Positions 39,001 through 44,763 of a stretch of DNA of 64,000 nt are shown here, one piece after another. Origin of the DNA: Candidatus Poseidoniales archaeon (GTDB lineage: Archaea > Thermoplasmatota > Poseidoniia > Poseidoniales > Thalassarchaeaceae); contig DTUF01000024.1 in the NCBI GenBank assembly GCA_012964335.1, positions 35,853 to 99,852 of the forward strand. The letters run 5' to 3'. Position numbers and translations under genes: made by a program. Each line of letters begins with the position of its first letter. Within the stretch, counting starts at the first letter, position 1. Under the pieces are notes generated by a model. The model did not search any database, was not told the DNA's origin, and saw only the letters and a list, made by a program, of their open reading frames with translations.

Positions 39001-40926
39001 ATATTCGCCTTCCTGAACCGCAGGTATTACGGCTCGGAAATTACACCAGTATCCAGCAACACATGTGCCCAAAGTGGTCGCATGTACGTTGGTCCAACTA
39101 CCGTTGTCAACACTGTAACTTAGTGATGGACCACCACTAGATGTAGTGTCAACACCAGTTACGTCCTTGAGTTGGAGCCAGAAGGTTCTCTGCTCCGCAC
39201 GGTGAGTTATTAGGTCAGTGTAAGGCACAAATGTGTCCTCTGGAGGTGCGGTATCAGAACCGCCACTGTAGTCCAGATGCAAATGTGGGTACTTGGCAGC
39301 ACTTGTGCAACCATAGTAACTGTAGTAGCCAGAACCACACCAATACCAGAACGGTGCGTTAGCGGTATTTCTCAGACCAAGTCCAAGAATGTTTCCGCTT
39401 GAACCTGCTCCATTACCGTCAACTGCGTCTTGTACGTCATCGATTCCATTTTGATTCATACCAATGGTTCGTACGTTACCGCCATTCCAATAGTAACCTG
39501 GGTCACTTAATGACGTAGACGAAGACGACGCTGCGCTGTTCCTAATATAGCGATTCAAATTTCTACCACTACTGTATAGATAGCTACTCGGGTCAATCAC
39601 GTTGCTCGTTTGACTAGAGCCAGACTTCAGTACAGCAACTTCGAAATTACGTGCCCCGCTTTGGTACCTGCCAACGCTAGATTTGAAATCTACACTGTTA
39701 ACAGTCGCACCAGTTGGTAACGCACTATTGAAGTCAAAGCGGTACCAAGCGTATCGGTAGTACCATGTGTAACTACCCGATGTACAGGTGTTAGCGGCAG
39801 ACCCTGAACCTCTGCAAGTGTAAAGCAATGAAGAGCTAGAGAATGCGTATTCATATGTGGATGTGTACCAACCCCATCGAGTGATGCGGTAGTAGTACGC
39901 ATATCCAGTACGCTGAACACCCTTGTCCATAGTTGGATCAATAGCAATTGGGAACGAGCGGTTATCACTGTCCATCAGCCATGTGTTCTCAACAACTGTT
40001 GTCAGAGTAACTTCCTCTCCCCGAACCGTAATCAGGTACTCGCCGATGTGAGGGCCTTCATCTGTAGGCTCAATACTTTCAACGAGAGGTGGCGGGATTT
40101 TTACCAATTCCTCACCTGTTGCCAAATTGCGGATACTGAGGGATTGGTTAGTCTTCACCAATTCTCCATCTGCAATAGGCGACTCACCTAGGAAGATAGC
40201 ATATCCGGGTGGCAGAATCATTGTTTCTGCAATACCGAAGTATCCTGACTCCTTCTGGTGGTCAAGTAGCATTGGTGCTTCTCGGATGACAAGGTTCTGC
40301 TTCAACTGGGTTGAAGTTACCTTGTAATCAAGCGAAATGCCGGTCATCATAGGATACCTAATCACATTTCCACCAATATCAATAGGCTCACTGCTAGGCT
40401 TTGCCATGTAAGGTTCTGGAGATAGCGTGTTGCCATCTAGAACCACTACTTGTGGCATAATACCATAGCGAATGGTTTGCCCATTAACTACCATTTGGAC
40501 ACCCTGACGAGCATCGTTTCCGAAGTAGGTTTCGTATGTGTTCTGTGTTACACTCCATCCTCCTTCATTGGACTCGATTGTCAAGTCTATCTCTTCCCAG
40601 GCACCATTGTCCAAGTAATGGACTGGCACTGGAGAGACAATAACTTCGAAATCACCATTTTCCTTCAAGAAGGTCTTGGCGGTTTCGGTACGGGAACCGA
40701 TTAGCTCGGCACCTGCGTCATATCCAAATTCATCATTATCTGCCGGATTCATTGCTTCATCCGGTAGAGTCAGCAGGTCATCAATAGACTCTGCCCCATC
40801 GTTTTCAGAAGTCTGTAATTTCTCCGTTACCGGCGAAACCGCAGCGCTCCAACTCATTCCAATCATCAGGAGAGTTAGCAAAAGCCAACTGCCCCCAAAG
40901 GTCACTTTATTTTTGTTTGTCACCAT
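27001..40926 (-). CDS. Giant (4641 aa) cell-surface protein with C-terminal internal class III signal peptide and archaeal type IV pilin-like domain
   Basis: Uninterrupted 13.9-kb ORF; N-terminal signal peptide; beta-helix-like, cupredoxin, DOMON-like and cadherin/Ig-like (NVNDAP) segments; TM, acidic loop, then DRA|VSPVIATILLVAITVVLAGVIYVW. Confidence 0.88.
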   Translation of the reverse strand: MVTNKNKVTFGGSWLLLTLLMIGMSWSAAVSPVTEKLQTSENDGAESIDDLLTLPDEAMNPADNDEFGYDAGAELIGSRTETAKTFLKENGDFEVIVSPVPVHYLDNGAWEEIDLTIESNEGGWSVTQNTYETYFGNDARQGVQMVVNGQTIRYGIMPQVVVLDGNTLSPEPYMAKPSSEPIDIGGNVIRYPMMTGISLDYKVTSTQLKQNLVIREAPMLLDHQKESGYFGIAETMILPPGYAIFLGESPIADGELVKTNQSLSIRNLATGEELVKIPPPLVESIEPTDEGPHIGEYLITVRGEEVTLTTVVENTWLMDSDNRSFPIAIDPTMDKGVQRTGYAYYYRITRWGWYTSTYEYAFSSSSLLYTCRGSGSAANTCTSGSYTWYYRYAWYRFDFNSALPTGATVNSVDFKSSVGRYQSGARNFEVAVLKSGSSQTSNVIDPSSYLYSSGRNLNRYIRNSAASSSSTSLSDPGYYWNGGNVRTIGMNQNGIDDVQDAVDGNGAGSSGNILGLGLRNTANAPFWYWCGSGYYSYYGCTSAAKYPHLHLDYSGGSDTAPPEDTFVPYTDLITHRAEQRTFWLQLKDVTGVDTTSSGGPSLSYSVDNGSWTNVHATTLGTCVAGYWCNFRAVIPAVQEGEYVEYFWAFQDLKGSIPGSTGNPNFKTLPIGGTGTPSSVTAPSSPYNYFVQPDEDADVFNSDGTGNNKWQLKIDALTNFRYYSVYRYMDEQLTYYEDTQEYIWEYDTSSCGSGNNQCFNINAAYQMRYSPTISGYSYANCAQSATCVVTNPKDQGLTLNGQNGPGMSTIWWYNTAFGAFTMVGLDDETGIDQPVASAPVGTQGGGRNCDDCYSAVPIPGDITMKFGTLSVNASYTSSRTTRNHFCVNSNNHPLYFLSSSSSNPYCLYSYSTYNYDRQFNGWMAPGYDGRWSANSQIMQKVSPVRPMPDIYPPTFDHTGLMDTHSQDDRTVTVKITDAGDPPTGVNVSTGVDGNGVLEGPHLEYRVYNDTSQSWGNWITRAMSQQAGKTRAQCELIPCDWSANIPGTDRGNTVEYSIHAQDNNNNWNNATAVSYHIGTPTKVFTVEWHDMNCGFGQQYKCSYQIKMYDVTNEIEYHYDTGSSAYYDYENIGYQKGGSTAIGASLRERGPGYLAGANPYDYNYRIATDGNNHANERMPVGMTELYNYDEVFTGTSNGNPYTYYCTRYWYNYRNQCGDVIDIPAGFDIDYFGTTYSGNSSHKMHVIRHGGAAFSTSTSTTPMQMAYYGWGGYWPEMPSSASYIRNAQLTPWFGYYGAYYCYNSGTNECSIRTKTVPFDGAGMDVYADITEDTIWDIEMSPIRVVPSGDYLRVTANLVIDAGVEVQFAPGKGIDMAGTCSRLTTQGNATHPVSFTNLGNGNGKGIAFTSGCSDTDDRHMFNNTDFSNLDVAISAGSRHGSAPHHNGNVGNFTFDTVTFTDVGTAIKHGSGTGTGFDLSGVSITNATNSCIDLPDDSGLTWLEGSATNCNMGSSSTEGAIKTGDGSNIYLENLTITDSAHNAVMGDATSIHASNVSMSTSGLSSTQVGGSGISQTSLATSGTSLFANNINAAGYANAIVSYATDSMSLTDISGGSISLAPGGTAGTVLGDSGWSASGITSTGNMVMSRTTPGSMDNVDLDGYLRMDGTAATGDLVMLTNLAADGISIAGCGWNVRADDADLGDSTNGVWATASCTSSSASSTLTVAGGSMDGSSTNGNIVYARNAKVTVADVAITGQTSMGAYVAQASTNGDVRLIGVSWRGNDCANAAGWTGMSDCWVDVSSSSGALYVGGTAQVAAYRVMNFVPVFVADHSVTTTTVSTSGTCPGAACVVSDITSVGAAKTDSTGNATVWLLQDKLEKVSGSTTVTASYTDHRIAIAGGAGQNETGPADAWYTGSCMINSMDCSMPLSPGDQVYIKLEAFPQDWNGATKNCGFLNSNTSMTNGYYLYTMQIITLSTDLVIDGCKLHLNGTKIMINRTANNNPTITIQNGGEILLSEGGGEVGNMKAVTSAYGWEMEIQDGGTFVVDNGAIRDMHQNSNTGGALNVGDGTLELKNGAIVYGSQTTSASMATIKVSGGTLLVNDASIYNAQQTGVGVWIEDSGTSVIQNIGVSGAATGVMIKDAAPAIDGFTLNDNTVGVEIDGGMTLPSIYRSTLLSGHARGWETYDIDLTGLASNYNYIQFGFNNVYMGGNVHPTYNYYTSRYFAIHDRMRIGLNDGIDNDANGIGDEIENFTVDAAGKLMTGYYHSGITSNLGDRNNPDHPSRNDGWARYDCNLYGYQYSPGGSYQYGYYYYMNNYGPYTSSGQYYGANSYPSDFGFTIEKAEGLTGSQNYYPYEYWGYYYTQYHGGQGIFKPPEGYNGLWGNYNICLSYAYRYQTPTPNGWQMHWPIVDVSSPSVTDVSAYIDILHNYADYYGDRYDFVFRGGNTINELMDANWGREFGTASLANGVIDGSDTGLHISGNYAAGVIDTVVVNDPVDEGVLVTGSSSVELDGLTVNNGRYGVRMTAAAIGSLELTNTNLDNQSQDGIVLGSGIKMALSGTITNAAGAAINVLPTSTKDWAFNNLALTSNNIAINHDGSGELTCTDCTTGSNTVDVATSGLVTWIEGDIDLATVVATGSGLLQRARLLDVTIEADGNGVAGTGVSMIDANSRRVGSGETDSAGTVNDMLFHTNYVDSSGWTVVNLAGFQIMTVAKVQYDTTGSMSTRVADFRYAVKGVSLVDGPGNSDTVALTDRFDARICYSWESTYYSVLASCAGANYIATASSRTKLNGDGAGGTITEYGYWGAMPTDMKNKAILIDSPWAYTGTTGASFNGSTVIVSGFYNDEWSDLYVRNYDGDIYLDDTTWAAISPKDTAFFNLGYYGGYSYGNFHVNDSTLINVGAVGSGAGYYNRDPVMHVTNSVLVSYSQLTDVQSVYPEEICIQSAGTDPGDWTVDNNTMYDCTVGIMIYINYYATSPAYGGSGTDGAHWSNNTMYDSTYLPIWIYLQSDADDLLIDNNTVTGSKRVQYGIYAQDNRLNSVEIRGNTLLTTDEPIYMRNAKQWNINNNTIKGDANSAHSGIYVLNGHGSIADNTLIDADGGINVYGVRSGFDVDISRNTISASGGRVSPTATGIYLENCGLAEVTMSGNYVSTTSNALLSDGCDVSDVGSTFASAGGSASQIHSVNIEASQYNPTIKNISTGDTVRWVLTQYNSDPNNYQHSTTSNTSGIWNSGPMNLGSTFAHTFTAAGTYEYHCTIHSFMSGVINVAASSGGSNLQTYGIDILDGSEDVSLDGTSIGGFSLAYRQDGGSLNVEGGAVVTGDNGFDLTNVDLTVDGLSVSADSGFGIGLDVTSDTGRHTLDVANMDTTGGIGMLVDGHDDFRWNGGDSTATTTLKTLSGASGTIENMTTTTNGPWRSMHGAGMTQINAGAYSTITSVGNTLNQSMLTIGTSAVIHEGNLLDLTVTHMGGAASNVGLMIKSTDLGRSEYVSPSWRSNIISVGEGAGGAAAVTDWFVSHPLGGYNIADDAMPGPVAVNPDPTSQAMGYMTWDNSNLYIMLTGVTFLVTDGMWYLDTQQGGSNVGDNWYVSHNLPFEADFMLWAEDRANWGIRKVMPGGNWVDVTAACTGMQAAPGFGYPGVTPTWSGISEFAIPWDCIGSPTGRIKTLAIIQNENSGHVLGVYPPQLWNQTSGAAQTFGDFGTLQLAGGDLADGTLDDYLLIHRTFTATGATTPRAYDVTVKVRDADNIYWDWGTHSSLAMDQNQDITIDILRAKPVISDLVDVSYDEDSGSQTVTLTDKAADYQQPSSTLTWTVTNDATNPSNATSPYAYDLTGHTMTITPDANEFGNQRLYLVVKDGHGLYSSQSMLVGVENVNDAPVINNPRHSAGLPVFTEGIDANGNAVYNYYDEPQRPHPVTGEERGWDLLTKFLGGASGEGFVQDLGIGDGLANEQDRNADNNTEQAPQSYTWTAVTDPIDCTPFTVSISGGTTLEIDLNEANEDGGTCNIVLDLSDGASINDAAATISVPFTVQPTNDNTRIIPWDVNNGSVIQTLAQDGTADTIRSTANAPNNEGDSWWWSVDEDTEDSDLLTIDLTDMMSDNDNTNEQLYWTIDNSQYYTDKCQYTNYFSVTIDNAAHTMEIDLIPDATTDATSSEWDMLQDADGDGIPDDGIHQKAPRSGDYCLMNLILWDSPEDVIPAQYDYVQSDACNVLATDGDATTNCYSQTSSEHQILINVHNLVELRPDYNFNEVRLSPDPFDFKGIDGVLRETMVPVSVNLQHMDGDAPINSDGTYKYLYDLQVSFFIVDTDCAGCDGTYQSSVRLGSNGPGNGALSLPDYGGSVEVGNYVRMNKTSEDVRVFVDIMTVNPFTGQYTDNSKYERPALEEKNWADNNMTASGTNSELPLIVETKAAQAVASFAPTLMAVGLVGVFVGALLSRSRAEEDEEDFEEESMIDDDRAVSPVIATILLVAITVVLAGVIYVWAGSLADTSVKGTPRLTFSAESITVQEISGLQQDQWHWRITTSYAATDLATQAVTVSVLWTNASGQQVYKTALAPGGGDEENVYGFAPRNSENMVTFWDDISHCERGGSPCITTFGPGDRIFIRMTDNDGLIDSALIDIQYELPGGAAYMLKQYTASPTSIR

Positions 40927-41307
40927 TGTTCATACCCCAAACTGTCGTATGGCACTCCTTGGCACGTTTTGTCGCGCATATAACGATATGGGTACGTATC
41001 CTTTGATGCTTTGATTTGGAATGGGGTACGGAGGCCTTATTGAATGTTAAAAAAAGGCCAAAAAAAATGTAGTACAAACGTTTTGTAACACTTTTTTCGA
41101 TGCCATAATTTAGTAATAATCCCACCCCGTTTTGTATATAAATATCGAATATTTTGATTAGATTTTATTAGCTTGAAATTCTTGAAATGGTTGATAATCA
41201 TTTATTATTGATTAAATTTTAAGAATCTGGCTATGGTTGATGATCGGTTTTCCTATTCACAGTTGTAACTCTAAACTAATCGATTAAGGGTTCTGGGTTC
41301 TAAAATT

Positions 41308-41342
41308 AAAAAAGGACAGGGGGCCCGTAGGGCCCCCTGTCC
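41308..41342 (-). terminator. Perfect 13-bp GC-rich hairpin plus U6 tract downstream of the 1078-aa gene
   Basis: GGACAGGGGGCCC-UAC-GGGCCCCCUGUCC-UUUUUU on the minus strand; a small CCCGC-AGCA-GCGGG hairpin at 41351-41364 precedes it. Confidence 0.8.
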
Positions 41343-41400
41343 GAGGGTTTCCCGCTGCTGCGGGTCTTTGTGTTTGTTTGCTTTCTATTCCAATTCAACT

Positions 41401-44400
41401 TCAGTAGTCAAACTCGTCGGAATCGCCTTCTTCGCCACCGCGAGTTAGGATGAATGCTCCTGCGATAACTGCCACTAGGACAAGTATGCCGATTGCAATC
41501 CAAGCTTGGGTTGGGATTTCTCCGTCTCCACCTTCAACACCGATGGTGTCGTCAACATTCACGCCTGGTCCAGTGTCATCGGTAAATCTCAAACCTGCAC
41601 TGGACTCAGCTGTCTCCATATTACCAACTGAATCAACTGCTGCTACTGAGTAGTAGAATACACCAGAACCTGAGTGCCTGTTCATTGTAACATCCATGCT
41701 AGAATCAGCAGTGGTGTGACAGTTGCCTGCAGTAATTAGGCTAGAAACCTCAAGCGAGGTGTGTTGTGCTGGTGACCAGCAAATTAGCCAGTGATTGACA
41801 TCAGACGAATCAGCGGAAGTCCATGTGAAGTGAATGCTTGATTCACCAGAACTTGTAGCATCAAGGTCAGTAGCTCCTGCTGTTGGATCAACTTGGCCAT
41901 CTGCAGTTGCACTTCCTGAATCAACAGGTGTACCATACAGAGAGTTACCATCAGTTCCAACCTCACCGTTCTCTACACGCACGAGGAACTCGTATGTTGT
42001 ACCATGTGTCCCAGTAATTGTGTGAGTTGTTGTAGTCAAGTCAAAGGTACTGCGTGTACCGTCAAGGGCTGCTCCACCACCATTGACATACAAAACACCG
42101 TAATCGTTTGAACTAGTTAATTGTGAGTTGTTAATTGCCCATGAAAGGTCAATTACACCAGCGGAACCAAGCGTTGCTGTTAAGGAATCAATACCAATCT
42201 GTGGTGGTTGTCCAATAGTAGCGGATGCGAATACTGCGTATGTAGATGATGAGCGAGATGGTAGAGAACCATCATTGCTCCATGACAGACTAATTGTGTC
42301 TGCATCAACCTGAGCTTGTGTAGTACCTGGCATCTCAACCCATCCACCGATACCCTGATACCAAAGGGAATGGCCAACTGACGGGTCAGCGTCTAAAGTC
42401 ACAGTCAAGTCTTCACTGTTCACATCTGATGGTGCAAGTACTGCACTCACATCAATGTCAAATTCGCAGACTGAATCCCAACCTGGGCTACCACTTAGCG
42501 TCTGGTCTGTTACAGCATCAGCATCTGAGAATTGTGCAGTGAACTGCTGAGTTCCAGCATACAGAATAGCGTAATCTACACTCCAGCAATCTCCAGAAAC
42601 AACATTGGAATAGTTATTCCAAACACTGAAAGTGATCTGTGCCGATGCATCGGCACCCCAGTAATCGTATACTGTAACAATCATTGTTGGGGAACCAAAC
42701 CACATGGGATTCATGTCAACTGTACAATCAGGACTTCCGCCCATAATACTGCCTGTCATTGGATCTTCCATACCACTACAAATATCCAACTGTGGGTCCT
42801 GTTCAGAACCAGACACCATTGACCATGTGTACCCAAATGGTTCTTGGTTACCGTCTAGGTCTAAGTCAGGCTGGCTAAGATGTTCTGCACGAGCAGAGAA
42901 AGTGATGCGGGTGCCAGTAACAATGTCACCCTCAATTTCATCCATCGTCAAGTAAGCCGATGGACCCATGTTAAGAACTTCAAAGTGACTAGTACGCATA
43001 TCGTTGGCTGAGTTCATGTCGATCTTACAATCGGGGTTGGTACCTGTTCCGCAATCATTAGCGGGGTCGGTGTCAGTTAGCGTTGCGTCAAGTAAATCGA
43101 TTGTCGCACTCACTGTAAACATGCCTGGGTTAATCATTATCTCGGCGCAAGCAGTTGCTTCAAGAGTAGCCGGGAACATTTCTCCCAAGTACTCGTGCGA
43201 GGTAGATCCTTCTGGATCATCTGGGTTGTCACAATCGTTTGCCATAATAGGTGAACCCATGACATCATCACCATTAGAATCCTTTACATTGAACATAACT
43301 GCCCAATCATAATCGATTGTTCGGTCACTACCACTGTGAGCAACGGTTGCAAAAACCCGAGTCATTCCAGCATCCAATCGGCCGCTTTCTTGACGAGGGT
43401 TGCCTGCTTCAACATTGACAACTTGTGCATCGTGATAGGAGGTAAAGGTTGCAGTTAGCAACGCATCATTGTTTCCGTTTCTATCGTCAAGAGTACGGAC
43501 GACCTCTTCCATAGTATCGGTTGGAGGGCCTGGTGGGTGAGTACCTGATTGGTCGGGTGTTGATACAAATTCATACATAGTGTACTGAGTAAGAGACGAC
43601 TGGACTGTGAATATTCCTACGCCATTTGCGTTAGCCGAATCTCCTTGGATAGAACCTGCAAAGGTGTAATTTGTTGCTTGGAATTCAGCAACTTGGCGGG
43701 TTTCACCAATGTCACTTGCATTCATATGAGTTGGTGGTTCCATTGAAAGGTTGCTGAATACTTCAATGTCATTTGTTTGGCCAGCGCCAAACAAATCACC
43801 AAAGCTTACTGTCCATGTACATGTACTAGCACCTGGTCCATTGGGACAGTCTTCGTACGAACCATCACCATCTGAATCAAACATTGATACAGCGTTAGTG
43901 TTCCCCATACCATCTTCCATGTATGCTTGGAATAATCCACTAAAAGTTACGTCCATCTCAACGTCACGAGGATCCCAATCAGCACTACCATCGACAAATG
44001 CTGTCATGGTAAATAGATGTGGACCCGCGCCAGACATTGGGTCATCCCCATTATCCCAAGTAAGTTCTGTTGAGATATCATACCAATCCACTACATCAAC
44101 ATCATAATCTAGAATGTTATTGTTCAAATTGGTGTCTTGATCAAGAGAATCAACCTCGATATGAATTGTATACATACCTGGTGCTGGTGGTGTCCAAACT
44201 AAGTCTGCCCCAGTTGAATCCCGAACAATATAATGGCCGTTAGCCAAATAATCGCCAGCAGTAAAAGTTTGGATACCACAAGAAATTGTGTCATCACAAA
44301 CCGCAGCGTCTTCGGCATCAACAATCAACAAAGAGGAGTCACTCTTAGGAGCAACAGTTACAGTCACTGTCAATTCTGATATATCGTTGTCACCATCGTT

Positions 44401-44637
44401 CTTGATGACGAGGTCAAATAATACAGCCTCGCCAGCGTCAACGGAATTTCTCACGTTGCCGGTCATATCAGTCGTTGATTCACGAGGTGAATTCGCACCC
44501 ATCAACCAAACCTCATAATCGGCTCGGCCATTGGTGTCATCCACCTGTTCTCTCTCATTCATTTCAATTGGGCTTAGGCTTGCTACGATGCTCATTAACA
44601 TCAGCAGTGCTAAAACCAAACTTGTTGCTCTCTTCAT
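41401..44637 (-). CDS. Secreted, C-terminally anchored acidic surface protein (Ig/CARDB/FN3-like repeats)
   Basis: Signal peptide MKRATSLVLALLMLMSIVAS; CARDB-like D.NLNNN motifs; FN3-like LSW..Y.F.V and YYSVAAVDSVGN; C-terminal TM plus TRGGEEGDSDEFDY; GGAGG SD-like motif upstream. Confidence 0.8.
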   Translation of the reverse strand: MKRATSLVLALLMLMSIVASLSPIEMNEREQVDDTNGRADYEVWLMGANSPRESTTDMTGNVRNSVDAGEAVLFDLVIKNDGDNDISELTVTVTVAPKSDSSLLIVDAEDAAVCDDTISCGIQTFTAGDYLANGHYIVRDSTGADLVWTPPAPGMYTIHIEVDSLDQDTNLNNNILDYDVDVVDWYDISTELTWDNGDDPMSGAGPHLFTMTAFVDGSADWDPRDVEMDVTFSGLFQAYMEDGMGNTNAVSMFDSDGDGSYEDCPNGPGASTCTWTVSFGDLFGAGQTNDIEVFSNLSMEPPTHMNASDIGETRQVAEFQATNYTFAGSIQGDSANANGVGIFTVQSSLTQYTMYEFVSTPDQSGTHPPGPPTDTMEEVVRTLDDRNGNNDALLTATFTSYHDAQVVNVEAGNPRQESGRLDAGMTRVFATVAHSGSDRTIDYDWAVMFNVKDSNGDDVMGSPIMANDCDNPDDPEGSTSHEYLGEMFPATLEATACAEIMINPGMFTVSATIDLLDATLTDTDPANDCGTGTNPDCKIDMNSANDMRTSHFEVLNMGPSAYLTMDEIEGDIVTGTRITFSARAEHLSQPDLDLDGNQEPFGYTWSMVSGSEQDPQLDICSGMEDPMTGSIMGGSPDCTVDMNPMWFGSPTMIVTVYDYWGADASAQITFSVWNNYSNVVSGDCWSVDYAILYAGTQQFTAQFSDADAVTDQTLSGSPGWDSVCEFDIDVSAVLAPSDVNSEDLTVTLDADPSVGHSLWYQGIGGWVEMPGTTQAQVDADTISLSWSNDGSLPSRSSSTYAVFASATIGQPPQIGIDSLTATLGSAGVIDLSWAINNSQLTSSNDYGVLYVNGGGAALDGTRSTFDLTTTTHTITGTHGTTYEFLVRVENGEVGTDGNSLYGTPVDSGSATADGQVDPTAGATDLDATSSGESSIHFTWTSADSSDVNHWLICWSPAQHTSLEVSSLITAGNCHTTADSSMDVTMNRHSGSGVFYYSVAAVDSVGNMETAESSAGLRFTDDTGPGVNVDDTIGVEGGDGEIPTQAWIAIGILVLVAVIAGAFILTRGGEEGDSDEFDY

Positions 44638-44763
44638 GTCACAGTCCTCCCACTAAGGGATTGCCCCACCTATTCAATCCATATTTATACTATGCGCGGG
44701 TCTTTGTTAGGTAATTCAGTTGTAAACGCACAATCGTATTGTTTTTGGTGCATAATTTTTGTA

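Noticed and set aside
27001-40926. Giant protein as an RHS/polymorphic toxin
   Set aside because: No YD repeats, no RHS core or cleavage motif, no toxin tip or immunity gene; the C-terminus is pilin-like
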